Below are positions 1-13,263 of a stretch of DNA of 64,000 bases, piece after piece. Source of the DNA: Lytechinus pictus (Eukaryota); the NCBI RefSeq assembly GCF_037042905.1, contig NC_087245.1:2916001-2980000 (forward strand), read 5' to 3'. Positions within the stretch are counted from its first letter, which is position 1. Each line of letters opens with the position of its first letter. The notes below the pieces were generated by a model, which did not search any database, had not been told where the DNA came from, and saw nothing but the letters and a program-made list of their open reading frames with translations. Both the position numbers and the translations under genes were made by a program.

Positions 1-369
1 TTTTGCAATATGTTTGCAGTCATGAGACACAATGCAGTATTTCACCTGTAGTAGGCCCTATATCTTCATCATTATGCATAATTCATTTAGTGATAAATAT
101 TAAATAGTAGGCTTAAATTCAAAAGAACTAAATGAGAACTTTGGTTTATACTAAATATATTAAAGAGATGTTATTCACTCTGTTTTAGTGTGTTTTGTCA
201 TAATAAATATTTCTTCATTCGTAATTTCCTCATTTTCATTGTCCATCTCTATTTTCTGTCTTGAAGTGCAGCCAAATGCTATTCTGCTAGCTGTATGAAA
301 GCTTTTAAATCATTTACAAAGCAGACAAATTTTATTTTATTGTATCAGCAATAGGTATCAACTAACCTG

Positions 370-538
370 GTGGGTGTTTCATAAAGCTGTTCGTAAGATA
401 AGAGCGACTTTAAGAACGACTGGTGATCCTTTCTTATGGTAAATGGTATATTCAATGGCGATGGTTTAGCGCGTAAGAAGGATCACCAGTCGTTCTTAAA
501 GTCGCTCTTATCTTAGGAACAGCTTTATGAAACGGCCC
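370..538. mobile_element. Palindromic MITE, PIF/Harbinger-like (copy A)
   Basis: Arms of about 60 bp (GTTTCATAAAGCTGTTC..AAGATAAGAGCGACTTTAAGAACGACTGGTGATCCTT and its reverse complement), flanked by CTG/CAG (CWG-type 3-bp target). Confidence 0.75.
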
Positions 539-541
539 CAG

Positions 542-708
542 GAGGGCGTTTCATATTAAAAGCTGTTTGTAAGTTAAGAGCGACTTTAAGAAAGACTGGT
601 GATCCTTTCTTACGCACTAAATAAATACCAATCAACATTTAAAGGAAAGGATCACCAATCGCTCTTAAAGTCTTCCTTAACTTACAAACAGCTCTATGAA
701 ACAGCCCC
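542..708. mobile_element. Palindromic MITE, same family (copy B), directly abutting copy A
   Basis: Same arms as 370-538; CAG at 539-541 and 709-711. Confidence 0.75.
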
Positions 709-1379
709 CAGTTTAGTGTCCCCAAACAATAACAGGCCTAATATTTGTCATAGTTTGTAAAATTATATCTGCAAGGCATTCATTATATTAATCTCCTTGT
801 GGTTGATAAGAGGATGAGACAATTCCATTTCTGATCACCTGATTGGAAAGTTGAAGCCTTTATTAGACAAGAAGATAAAAAAGTCTAGTAAATCCCAGAG
901 AAATAAGGTAAGAAGATGAGATATGAAAGTAAGTTGACAAGATGCCAAAATAGGTCTAGAAGATGGGAAAAATGACTCAAGAAGATAAGGATACAATAAC
1001 CTGAGTCCTGCCAAGTTCAGTTTGATACTCCGGATAAGATTTTGGATGCCTTCTCGATTATCACAAAATATAATGGGAAAGTGTACATGAAGTACGAAGT
1101 TCGACTTGATAGTTCAACATCTAAGTTAGATTAATAATGCATATAGGCCTATAGTCAAAATAGTCAGGATGCAAGACTGCACTACATGCAATAAGCACAT
1201 AGGCAATGATGCATGTAATGGAAACGGGTTGCTAGCAATGAAATATCTCCTGACTTTTTAAAGGTTTGCTTTTATTATTGCTTGTTTTTTGAGGTGGAAT
1301 CTAGATTTTGTTCTTAGAAATCTTCATTTTAAAACTGTTCTCTGTCAGCTGATAGGTCATGGCTTGGAAACTGACTTTA

Positions 1380-1863
1380 AGGGGAACTTCACCCTGATGA
1401 AAACTTTGTTTTAAAAATAGCAGGAAAAAAAATATATTGGTGAAGGTTTTGAGGGAAATCCATTAAATGAAGAAGGTTATTATCATTTCAAGTTTTTGAT
1501 TTGTGATGTCATAAATGAACAGCTACCCTATATGTTATGTAATATAAAATGAATAAATTTCATTTTTAATGGTATTTGATGACTTATTTTTTATTTTCTT
1601 TTTAGGAGCTAGTGTGAAATCATTTATTGATATAATGAAGGTACAACAAAAGCCATTTTCAATTTTCTGATAAAATGACATTTCATTTACATTTTTTACC
1701 ATAGATGTAGGAAAACTGCTCGCATGACGTCACAAATCAAATAATTAAAATTTTGATAGCTTTGTTATTCTTTGGTGGATTTTCGTCAAACCTTCGCCAA
1801 TGTATTATTTTTTCTGCTATATTTACTGTAGGCCTATACTTTTTGTCAGGGTGAACTTCCCCT
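1380..1863. mobile_element. Non-autonomous DNA transposon, Kolobok-like (TTAA target)
   Basis: TIR AGGGGAACTTCACCCTGA / TCAGGGTGAACTTCCCCT; TTAA on the left, TTCA on the right. Confidence 0.65.
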
Positions 1864-3670
1864 TTCAGGTACATGTAGATACAAATTTTAATCAAGTTAA
1901 TATAACACATCTTTCTCAGGGAACTTTATTAAGTTATATAAAGTAGATTTGAAATAAAATCAAACAAACCAACAATAAAAAAAGCGGGAGAGGGAGAGAT
2001 TTGGGAATAGTGAGGGGAGGGTGCTGGCTTATGTAGCACTGTAACACCCATGCATGGTCATTTATGATAAATCCTGCTGTTTTAGGCAGTGTGTGATAAT
2101 ATTCATTGAAATATAAACCCACACATCAAAAGCATTGAGAAAAATGACTGATGAGGACTTACTCTTCTCCCTATCATTCGCACAATACTTGCTCAACACA
2201 CAGTGAAAGTCCATCAAATGCTTGGATTGGAATATATAGTACCACTCTTGATTTTTCTGTAAAATTGAAATTGTCGGTTGTAAGGAAGATCAAAGTCAAG
2301 GATTATGTGATGATGATGGATGAGTGGATTGGGGTATGTCTGATTAGTTTCTGATGTGAAGCTGCTGATCTCGTGTCAGGTGGAGATGATGAACTTGGCT
2401 TCAAGAGTACTGAGATCAGTAGAATATCAACACTGGATACAGATTCAAAAATTGAAGTTTGGCTCTTTTGAAATGGTGAAGGTAATACCAGTTATATTGT
2501 GTGTCTGACTGTATTCTATCTTATGGAAGGAAATTGGCTTGTTATTTATCTGTAGTATTACAATATGATATGTGGGAATTTTCATAAAGAATTTCCAACA
2601 ATCTGCATCATACATTCAGTCTTATACTATTTGCAAAATGCTCCTTGCAAGAACTTTAGTTTGACTTGATCTTCATACTCTTTTGATTGGGATTTTACAT
2701 GGGGTCAGTAAAGCAGTAAAGTTACTGAGTAATCACCATGCATGCCAAAACTGGGGTTTGATATAAAGTCTCCCCAGCATCCCCTGGTCGAATTGAGATG
2801 TCTCACTCTATGCATTCTAGAACAGCGAGGTTTATTAATAGGTTTTTTTGCCTTCTCACAAAAATTAAGTATCTTGGTTAGAACTTTTATCAATGAATAT
2901 GTAAATTATATTTTACTGTATGCAGGTTCCCTTATTTTCTTTGATTAGTGCCAGCTGTTTAGTAATCTCTCCCTTACTATGCATTTTGAACGTACTGTAG
3001 GGAAAATGGCTATTTTGGTTGGTACATGTTGTTTGAAATTATTAAATCTGCTATAAACAGCCTTGGAAGACTTGATTAATCACTCTTATTGACCAAATCA
3101 TTATCAGGGTCACTGATTAGTCTTGCATCATGGAGTTATATAAACCTTGATGCATGATTATAACTTTGATCCATGAAATGGATTATTGGAATTCCAGCAG
3201 CCTGCTGCATAAAACTTTTTGCCTGAGAAAACTCCGGTAAAAACTGAAAACTAAGGTTAGTCCGATTTCTGCCATTGACTTTAACACAGGGCAAAAACTC
3301 AGGTAAAAAATACCTGAGTTTTCTCAGAATTGCCATTCTGTAGACCATGAAATGCCTGTTATTATATCCATAATTTTCTTTGAATAGCTACTAAATTCCA
3401 TTCAGCACAGCATTCATGTTAATATTATTATTGATGACACGGCCTTTGCCTGATAGTAGGAGAGAGATAGAGAGGAGGTTATCACTAGAAAACAAGCAAA
3501 GGGGAGAAAAAAGAGCCTGAGGAACAGGAAGAAAGAAAGAAAGAAAGAAAGAAAAAATGGAGGTAAAAGAATGAACTGTTGAACTTGCAAATGTTTGTTT
3601 TTATGTGTATCATAATGTACAAAAATGATACATTCTACTTCAATTTCAGGCAGGAGTTCTTTCACAGCAG

Positions 3671-3829
3671 GGCAATTCCATAAATTATGTACGTCCGACA
3701 CCCTCTATGTGGGACCTTCATGAAATTTTCTGTCTCAGACCATGACTTGGTCAGTTTATGAAGTGAAGTAAGATTTGAGAAAAATGGGGGTCAGGTGTAT
3801 AAAATGGTTGATCATTTTATGGAATTGCC
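3671..3829. mobile_element. MITE with CAG TSD (PIF/Harbinger-like)
   Basis: TIR GGCAATTCCATAAA / TTTATGGAATTGCC; CAG on both sides. Confidence 0.7.
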
Positions 3830-3845
3830 CAGCAGTAGTTTATAT

Positions 3846-3977
3846 GGGGGCTGTTTCATAAAGCTGTTAATGAAGTGACTTTACACAGAACTGGAACATA
3901 TTAGGTAAGTTGGGGTATATCATTTACCTCAAGAAAGAGCCACCATACAGTTGTTCACAACTTTATGAAACGGCCTC
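3846..3977. mobile_element. Degenerate MITE of the 370-708 family
   Basis: Ends GGGGGCTGTTTCATAAAGCTGT ... ACAACTTTATGAAACGGCCTC followed by CAG. Confidence 0.6.
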
Positions 3978-4421
3978 CAGTCACTGTTGGGAATGTGGAA
4001 TCTGATAATTCATACAAATTTACATTGTAACCGAACCGCTGGCATGCTGTAATTATATCGATAGGGTAGTATCTGGGACATGAATTTGCAATGTTTCCTT
4101 GCACTTTTGGAGAGCTGCCACAAAGACTGCTGATATTTACACTCCTGTAGACGCTCTAGGGGATAGCAATTGATGTGCATCCGTTACTGAATCAGACCAA
4201 TGCTCTGCCATTGAATCCCATGATCACAAGTTTCGTAAGGGACTGTATATGGAATGAATCAGTTTACAGAAAATTTTTTGTCTCTAATAATTGAAAAAAA
4301 GTATGTTGGGAGGAGGGGAGGGGTTTAATATGGTTACACTGATCAATCTTTGACTGATAAGGCGAACATTTTATCAACATTTTGTTGTTTGATAACTTTC
4401 CTTGATTTTGATTGGTCTATA

Positions 4422-4445
4422 CATGGACCTACTAGTAGGTCCATG
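4422..4445. mobile_element. 24-bp perfect palindrome with 7-bp TSD (P-element-type micro-element or excision remnant)
   Basis: CATGGACCTACTAGTAGGTCCATG flanked by GTCTATA at 4415-4421 and 4446-4452. Confidence 0.6.
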
Positions 4446-4799
4446 GTCTATATCACAGTAGACTGACTGTTACTATGGTAACTGTCATATATAACAGATT
4501 TTTACAGATAAAACGTCAACAAGTCTTTAAATTAAATTAACCCCAGGCTACCCCTTGTATTTTGAGTATCATGTCCTTCTCTCAGCTTAAGCATTGTCTA
4601 AGCTCTTGTGTAAATATGACAGTCACATTCTGCAACAGTATGCTAAAACACTATTGTGTTGATAAGAATACAATCCATGTTCCTTCCATTGTATTGTAAT
4701 GCAAGCCATCATTATGCAATTTTGCAAATAGATTCAAATTCTAAAAAGGTCATTCCAAACAGATATATGTTTATTACATGGAAAGATACACTACATATA

Positions 4800-5245
4800 C
4801 AGGGCGTCCCAGAGAAAACAAAACCAAAATCTATTTATCATAACTTAATAAAATATCCTATCATTGTAAAGTTTAGAATCTCTTCTTTAATTTGATGATG
4901 TAATTCAAATGACTCCTTATTCACACATAAGTGAGTAAAAACAGTGTGAAGAAAGGATACAAAAAGTCACTTGGTAGGCGGTATCTGAGTTTCTTATATA
5001 AAATCACATAAAAGGTTGATCATCTGCTCTTTAACTTGATATCGATTACAAAAAATTACCAAGAAATAACAACATTCTGTTTATTTAAATCAAGGCTTTT
5101 TGGTAGCCTTTCTTCAAGTTTTTCCTCACTCATGAATTAGGAATAATATTGTTTATCAGATGAAAGAGAAGGCTCTAATCTTTACAGTGTGATACATGTA
5201 TGTAATCTTCATTAATTCTCAGTTTTGTTTTTGTGGAACGCAGTG
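4800..5245. mobile_element. Degenerate Tc1/mariner-type MITE
   Basis: TA-CAGGGCGTCCCAGAGAAAAC ... GTTTTTGTGGAACGCAGTG-TA; imperfect TIR with TA TSD. Confidence 0.6.
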
Positions 5246-6915
5246 TATATAAGATTTACATTGTCTCTTCCTGTTCCTGTCAAGATCTTCTACTCAAGAC
5301 TAGACTTTACCAACCCCATCCCATTATGGTTGCCCAATAAATCCACTGCTTACACAATTTCTTTTTTTCCAGTATTCTAAAATTTTCCCCAAATTGTTAC
5401 AATACTGCAGGTGAAACCTCTTTGTTTTTCAGCCCTCAATACCATGATTCGTATGATCTCTGCAAATAGAATTCTGATAATTGTTGAAGGTCATGATCAC
5501 AACATTATAATGAACATCCTGTCATTAATGGTTTATGATGTCACAATGGAATAACCAACTTGTAGTCTATGTGGGGAGGAAATTCATCATGTTCTATCCA
5601 CATAATGCCATAGGTCACTGTGCTTAATAATGAGGTAATGTTATCTCCAGTCAGCAATAAAAGGTCAAATATTTGATAGAAGAAGTTGAGTTTTCTAAAG
5701 TAAATAAAGAATACTATTATTGATAACTGGCAGGATGATTGGTATTTAGCCATCAAAGTTCAAAGTCTGGTTTTACATGCATTCTTATTACCTTCACAAT
5801 TGTTTTCCTTTCCTTCTATTCATCTTGTAACATTAATCAGTTAAGATTTTCATACATTTGCAGGTCTTTTACATTCAATAGGCATATGCTTTTTTTACTA
5901 TCTGTCTTTCTGACTGTTTATATTTTTATCAGTAACTTCCTGGCACCTAATTTTTGTACATCTTTAAAAAAAATATTGTATTGAATAGTGTATTATGTAG
6001 GCCTACTGTAAATATTCAATATGATCTAATGGTGCACACCAAATACCTTTAAATAGCAGGGCTTCATGCTTACCTCATAAAATGGGAAATGACCTTTTTT
6101 GGCTTGTTAAATTTTGCCCAAGAGACAGAATTTCCTTTATTTTGGACCGATTCCTTTTTTTTTGCTTGTCAGATTTTGCAGGCAAATTCAAACCCTTCAA
6201 AGGCTGACTCTGGATCCGAACCTGTTATCATTTTTTGTGCACTCAGTTTAATCAGTTCACAATTAACATATAGCTTGAATATTGCTTTTTGTTGCCATAT
6301 TGTAGGAGAAAATAAAGGGAAAGAAAAAATAACTGAATACATGTGTGTAGTTTACCGTACGTACGTACGAGAAGTGTGATTGCAAGGCAATATGTGTGCC
6401 AACTAGGAATAGTGCAATAACAGCAATGAATCATATCAAAATTCTCCATGGTGTGATGAATATGATACATGATGTAAATGGATGAGGTAACAACAACATT
6501 GAATGTAACTAAAACTAAATGATTTGAAAGAAAAACTGTATTACATTTCCCTACATGAACAAACACAAATAATGAAACTGTGTTCATTTGATATTGCATT
6601 GTGTCAGCCAGATTTAAGGCAGAATATACATATATATTGTGTGATAAACTTCTCTCTTTTAGGCAGTGAAGCAGTAGAAATTGACAATGAATGTTCTATT
6701 GTAGTTTTGTACAAGGACATGTTTTAAAACAGTTTAGAAAGGAATATTAAGTTGTGTGTCTGAGTCCGGTACACTAATCCTCCTTAATACCCCCCCCAAA
6801 AAAAAAAAAAACCTACTTCCTAAAAAAGAAATGGGAAAGAAAGAGAAAAATCCCATAAATATTAATAAAGTGGATGTAAAACGTAATGCATGCATCTATT
6901 AAAAGCAGAAGGAGC

Positions 6916-7452
6916 CCCGGGGGGGGCACTCGACCAAAAAAGTGGTAGGGGTGTGCCGCGGGCGAGACAAAAAACGGGGGCCTTGGAGCGGGCTTATTGT
7001 AAAAAGGAGGGTCCTCGGAACGGGCTTCGGAACTACAAATGTTTGTGAAAACGGGGGTCCTTGGAACGGGTCGCCTGCGTGTGCATCCCAATGGAACGAG
7101 CATACGTGCATGCAGCTAGCACGGCGCACGGGCGCCGGCTGCGCCAGCGCAGAGGCGATGGTCTGAGAGCGCTTTGCGGCCGCTTTTCACCAAAATTGCG
7201 GCTCATCGTAGCAGATCAATAGAACCGGAACGGCGTAACGGAAAATATGCGAAGCTTTGGAGCGGGTATTTTTCTTCTTTTTTTCTCGATAAGGAGAAAA
7301 TGCTATGCCTTGGAGCGGCTTTCTTTGTTCTTTTTCTCAATAAGACAAAAATGCTATGCCTTGGAACGGAAATTTGAGTGTAAAAATGGGGGTCCCCTCC
7401 GCGGCACATACCCACTATGCATTATATACTGAGTGCCCCCCCCCCCCCCGGG
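6916..7452. mobile_element. GC-rich non-autonomous TIR element with CCCGGG(G)n termini and 8-bp TSD
   Basis: CCCGGGGGGGGCACTC ... GAGTGC(C)nGGG; exact TSD GAAGGAGC at 6908-6915 and 7453-7460; repeated internal motif (CC)TTGGA(A/G)CGG. Confidence 0.85.
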
Positions 7453-7950
7453 GAAGGAGCTTAAGGAGGTAGATAGAGAGAGAGAGGGAGAGAGAGGGGG
7501 GGGGAGCAGAGGAGGAAGGAGGGGACAGAAGGAGGAGGGGTATGAGGATATTGAAGAATAGAAATTAAAGTGTACTTTCATACCCACCTGATCACAAAAA
7601 TACTGTTAAATTTGGAAAAATTCCCCAGGCCTCAAAATACACCTGCCTGAACTGGAAAAATAACCTATTGTTATGAGCTTGTATTCATATACAAAGAATC
7701 TGCATTTCATCTCAAGTTCTTGCAACACTGCAAAGTTCTTGTAATTTAAAAAAGCATCTACATCTACTATACTGGTGGGTATTTGCTTTCTGCGATATTA
7801 CAACTACTTCTCTTTTTTTTACTGGCACAAAACAATGTATCAGGGCTTATGTTAACATGAGGTGATGAAGGCAATTCAATTGGCTTGGGTGCCCATCTTG
7901 ACTGCCTTGCTGCCCCCAAAAGAACATATTTGAAAATCTGATCTTATCAA

Positions 7951-8049
7951 AGCCGGGGTAATAATAATAATAACAACGTGCCTCGGAATAGAATATTTCT
8001 AGATAGATGGCGCTATATAAATGCCTATTATTATTATTATTATTATTAT
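7951..8049 (+). mobile_element. 3' fragment of a tRNA-derived SINE (family of 16708-17163)
   Basis: AGCCGGGGTAATAATAATAATAACAACGTGCCTCGGAATAGAATATTTCTAGATAGATGGCGCTATATAAATGCC(TAT)n matches the tail of the full copy. Confidence 0.8.
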
Positions 8050-8205
8050 CAACAATGGTTCTTAGGCATTTTCCTCGGACTCTCAGGGCTTAATGTGAAG
8101 GCTGCTACAGTGGGTATGAGAGCACCTTTAGCAAACATGAAAGAATGGATAAGTTAAGTATGTTATACCCCTTTCTAACTGGCGGCTTCAATTTTCCCCC
8201 GGCGA

Positions 8206-8254
8206 ACTTCTCCGGCGTGCATTCCTCACTTCTCCGGCGTGCATTCCTCACTTC
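8206..8254. repeat. 22-bp direct tandem duplication in a CpG-rich patch (probable TE end fragment)
   Basis: ACTTCTCCGGCGTGCATTCCTC twice, plus a partial third copy. Confidence 0.7.
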
Positions 8255-9054
8255 CCCAGCGAAAGTCCTCATCAATGAGGTCAAAAGGATGGAACTAGAA
8301 GACAAACACACCCTCCTTGATACCAGTCATCAACACTCCTCAACTGTTTTGTTGCATCCTAGAAGAAGTTAAGTTGAAGTATCTTGAACCTTTCATTACA
8401 GTCTGACCATGGCGGCAATGTATAAGGGTTGTGTGCTTGAGCGTAATAATGGGTTCTAATTGTTATATTTTCCCTCCATATGATGAGAGCATTATAATAT
8501 TGAAACATACATTTATGTCAACCTTCTGATACATCTTTCTCAGAATTAGAATTACCAATGATAAACTTTTCAATATGGTCTAATTGATTTAACAATTTTC
8601 ACTTCAGGAATATTCTTAGGTTTAGTATGTAAATGGTGCATTTTTCATTTTGATTTTGACTGGGCAGTTGACCGAAATAATTTCTTAAGTAAAATCACAA
8701 AATTTATCTGGTTAAAAACATTTTTATTTTATATCATCCACACCATAACTGTTAAAGAGCAACACATTCAAATTATCAAGCAATGAATTAGAATGGTAAC
8801 TTCCACTTTGGCCTATATATCTTATTCCAATCATTAAATTTGTAAGATAAATCCGTAACAGGCCTTTTTTTAAATTAAGACATTACCAAGAGAAGGGGCT
8901 TGATATCCCCCCCCCCAAAAAAAAAAAAAAAATCAAATTTTCACAGAGACTCGGCGCGTCCAAATAATCAATTTTTTTATTGTTCAAAATAGAAATGAGA
9001 AATTCAAATAGAAATGCTCCGAACATTCATTTTGCCCTAGATCTACATTTCTCT

Positions 9055-9183
9055 ATCCCTTTAAATCATTGAAAGCCAAACAGGGTAGCAGCAGCTCCCA
9101 TCTTTTAATACCTTTTGGTCTGATGCGGCTTGAACTCCTGACCTCATGATTGTGAGGCAGACGCTCTACCAACTGAGCCAACA
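9055..9183 (-). mobile_element. 5' part of a tRNA-derived SINE
   Basis: Minus strand reads GTTGGCTCAGTTGGTAGAGCG (A box) ... GGAGTTCAAGCC (B box), followed by a non-tRNA body. Confidence 0.7.
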
Positions 9184-9249
9184 CACAAGTCCTGATTTAA
9201 CAATATTTTGAATGATTAATTAAATATAGTTTCAATGATTCCAATAATT

Positions 9250-10672
9250 CCAACATTATGGAGTAAGGGGCATTGTCCTAAATTGGTTTACCAGTTATCT
9301 TTCAAATAGAAAAGACAATACACATGCTATAACTTCTTTAACTCTGGTATATCAGTTTTGAGGTGCGGTGTACCGCAAGGTTCTATATTGGGTCCATTGT
9401 TATTTCTGATTTATATCAATGATATTTGTTTGGTATCAAACACATTGAATTATATATTATTTGCTGATGACACAAGTGTTTTCCTATCACACCGTGATAT
9501 TGATATCTTAGAAAACACCATTAATGTTGAACTTCCGAAACTATCTAAATGGTTTGGAAGTAATATGTTATCACTGAATGTTAAAAAGACTAATTATATA
9601 CACTTTAAAGGCAGGAAGTCATGTGCTGACCATGATTTAAGATTGAAACTTGACAATGCTTTGTTGGAAAGAAAGACGTCTACGAGGTTCCTTGGGGTCT
9701 ACATCAATGATCAACTTAACTGGAATGATCACTTGAAACACATCAGTAAACCAATTTCTCGAAATATAGGTATACTGTATAAAGTTAAGTACCTTGTACC
9801 TTATAAAATACTTTACATGTTGTACAATACTCTTATTCTACCTTATTTATCATATTGCAATATTCTTTGGGCAACATCAACGAGTGTCACAAACCCAATT
9901 CTTCTGTTGCAAAAGAAAGCAATTCGTATTTGTGCTGGAGTTGGTTACCGTGATCATACGCGCCCTCTCTTTATAAAGCTGCAATGTCTTACTGTTGATG
10001 ATGTCCATTTTCTTCAAACTTCCCTTTTTATGTATCGATTTAATGCCAAAATGTTACCTACCTGCTTTTCCACTATGTTTCAACAAAATAATACTATCCA
10101 TACCTACCACACAAGACAAGCATCTAATATGCATTTGTATAACCCTCGCACGCTGTTGGCTCACAAATCTATCAGACATTATGGTCCTGATGTTTGGAAT
10201 TCCCTACCTACTAGTACTAGGAATATATTATCAGTGCATTCCTTCAAAAGGGCGGTAAAACGCATACTTGTCTCTAAGATGTAACTTTTTAGCAAGACAC
10301 ATTTTTGTTGTACTATACATCTTAAACTTAAAGATTGATATAATTTCAATTATTATTACGCCTCACACACTCCTTGTAAATATTTGTGGCACATATAATT
10401 TGTTTTTTGTTTTTTTTGTGCGCAATCATTAGTTTCTAATTTTTAGTATTCTTTTATATTTATGTATGTATTTTATATATCCAAAGGTGTGACAACAGCT
10501 CAAGCATCTGCTTATATTGTCATACCACTGCATGTCTGCAGCCTTGGTTTAATCAGTTGTTTAAATGATCATAATTATAAATTATTACTATGTAAAATCT
10601 AATGTATTTAATGTTGTGATGGTCACACTATGTACATTGTCATGACATGCAGAAACGAATAAATAAATAAAT
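9250..10672 (+). mobile_element. 5'-truncated non-LTR retrotransposon, CR1/L2 group (Crack/Daphne-like)
   Basis: RT homology begins at QHYGVRGIVLNWFTSYLSNR, then a frameshift into ORF 9358-10284; 3' UTR ends in an (AAAT)n tail. Confidence 0.85.
9358..10284 (+). pseudogene. C-terminal reverse-transcriptase fragment of the LINE
   Basis: GVPQGSILGPLLFLIYINDI, LFADDT, FLGVYI and LQKKAIRI motifs; no endonuclease or N-terminal part. Confidence 0.85.
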
Positions 10673-12763
10673 ATCACAGATTCAAGCTGAGCAACATAAA
10701 TTGTAGAAATGATCTATATAGACAAATTTGTTTTATGCCTTGAAAATACATTTTTAATTTAGAGCTTTGTGAAACAATTTTTGAAGTTATATGAAAACCA
10801 ATTGACAGAAAATTAATTTGAAAAAAGGCTGAATGAATTGTTTGGTCACCAGCTGACCTGACCCTCTTATTCATCCACGTTTTATTATTGCTCCATGTCC
10901 CAAAATGTTAATGTGTATCAATTCTATGGTATTATTCCTTAAATTGGTTTGCTTTTATTGTGGTACTATGAAAAAAACAGTTATATATTCTCATCCTCCC
11001 AACCATGCTGTGAATATTATATAATCTGACAGCAAGCCAGTATGTCCTATTGATCTTTCCTTACTCCAGTGAATCATATACAATAGTCTCTCTTTAGATT
11101 CATCAATGGGAGTATTGATCAGGATAGGTGAATAACCAATGGTAAGAATGGCAATTAGAAAAGGGTTGAACCATTGAAGCAGTTGAATGCTGACACTTGC
11201 AAAGTAGGTCTCCCAAGTAGTCTAATTCTTGAGACTAAATATTAACAATATTAAAAGAAAACCAGTAATTTTTATGAATCTCATTTTAAGAGCAAGTAAA
11301 AAAGCTCCATGTAGGGAAGTGCGTGTGATGTAGATCAACCCCCTGTGATGCTATTTGCTATAGAATAGCGATGATGTTTGTAATAGTTTGAATTGCAGAA
11401 GAAGTTCTAGAAGTAGAACACCATTCAAGACATTGTGGTTTAACTTCCTCAGACTTAATTAGTACAAACCAATTGTCTACACATTTTTTTTCTTCAGATA
11501 TTAAGAATTGTTATCAGCATCTTAATTCATTGCAGAATTGATGATTCAGAAACAGGGGACAGGAAAAGAGTAGTATCTTTGTAGTTTCAAGTATGTCTGT
11601 TGCATAGACTAATTAATGTCTTTGATATTCCCCGAATCAAATAGGAGGGGGGTCGGTGGTGTTGTACACTTCAAAACAAGAGTGAATGGCTATCACTCCT
11701 CTTCTATTGTGTTATGACTGTTGAATGCATTGGAACTATGCGAGACAGGTGCCTTAAAAATACGCTTTGCGTTCTTACGAAGGGATGCCAGCTCAATCAA
11801 GCTAAAGAAATACTATTTTAACCTGATAAAACTTGCAGGGACTCTGAAGACAGTCTCACAGACTTGAAGGCCATTTACAAGACTCTTCTGTTACTTTGGA
11901 TTATGGAATTGCTGATTGCATTGTGATAAGATGTAAACATATGGATATTCTAATTGTCTACCCATTTCTGTTGTAAATGTGTCTATGAGGTGTTGACAGA
12001 AGGTGACTTGATCGCGGAAAATTAACAAGCAGATTGTTTTATTGGCACAGAGCTTTTGGAGGTACTCGTATTAAATTAACTCTTGCGATGTGTGTATAGA
12101 AACAAGAGCTAATATTTCTATTAAAGTGTTGGATCAAGTACTTGCAGCATTGACAAATTCTTTACTATTTGATAAAGAGCTACTTATTAATGTGATTACT
12201 GGTCTCCATGGTCTAGATTTTCATGTAATAGTCCTTGTTCTATTCATAGACATGCAGTCTAATCTTTAGATGAACATCATATTCTTCAAGATTACTTGAG
12301 ATTTGAAAGGTTGACATTCGGTGGGATCACTGAGCTGTAATAATCCAACTTGGTGGCATTTCAAATGGGTCTCAATCATCCCACACTATTGATCCTTGGC
12401 ATTTGTCTTTGTCTACATGGTGTGTGAAAGCTTTGTCCAAAAGGAAGAACCCATCTTCAAGAAGAAGCCAGTGTAGGAAATTGGTAGGCTGACAGGCATG
12501 GAGTAAAATATTCAAAGTTCATTATTCTCTAGGGTTCTGACTCTTGACAGGAACTTGATTATATTATCATCATGGATACAAAGAATGGTAATTTCAGAAC
12601 GATGCAATGGGGTTGATAAAAACAGATTTACAGATGCTAGATGTCTCCTGGAGAAAATTGGACCAAAGATATTATTTGAACTTTAAGAAGGGTCCATCGG
12701 ATGATGAATTGAAAGGATATTTTGCATTTCTGTATTTTACATTTGGATGGTGAAAACATCAAG

Positions 12764-12793
12764 ATGAGTCTCCATTACAAAACTTTATCTCTG
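12764..12793 (+). CDS. SLC4 anion exchanger, candidate first coding exon (MSLHYKTLSL)
   Basis: aagATG after in-frame stops; consensus donor CTG|GTAAGT; phase 0 fits the exon at 15642. Confidence 0.5.
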
Positions 12794-12959
12794 GTAAGTT
12801 GCACATGTATATATGGAAATGCCATGAAGTTGTTTCTTTCTGTCGATTACGATAATAAAGAAAACAAATTTTATATTCATTTCAAAAGCTGATACAAGTG
12901 CATGGGAAGACTTGCAAAGCTATATATATATATATACATTTTTTGATATTTTCATACTG

Positions 12960-13263
12960 CTGGCCTGCCAACTATTCCTTTTTCCCCAGGAGTCACACTG
13001 TTTTTAAGATCTTTTATCATCCAAAAAGAGGAGCACTCCAATTTTCCATTTATTTAAGATAAAATATAAATCAGCCCATTGGTATGGGTTTAAGAGTAAT
13101 ATAGTTTTTCAACACTTGTACTTTCTCAATGTTTAAATATAAGAATGCTAAAACATGTCTTGATTAAAAAAAGTGAGGGAGAGACACCTGACATCGAGCA
13201 GAAAAATTTGCACCGTGCGATTAGGACTCCTTTTTTTTTCATTTTCCAATGTTGGCAGGCCTG
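12960..13263. mobile_element. hAT-like MITE (degenerate)
   Basis: CTGGCCTGCCAAC ... GTTGGCAGGCCTG termini; no clear TSD. Confidence 0.55.
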
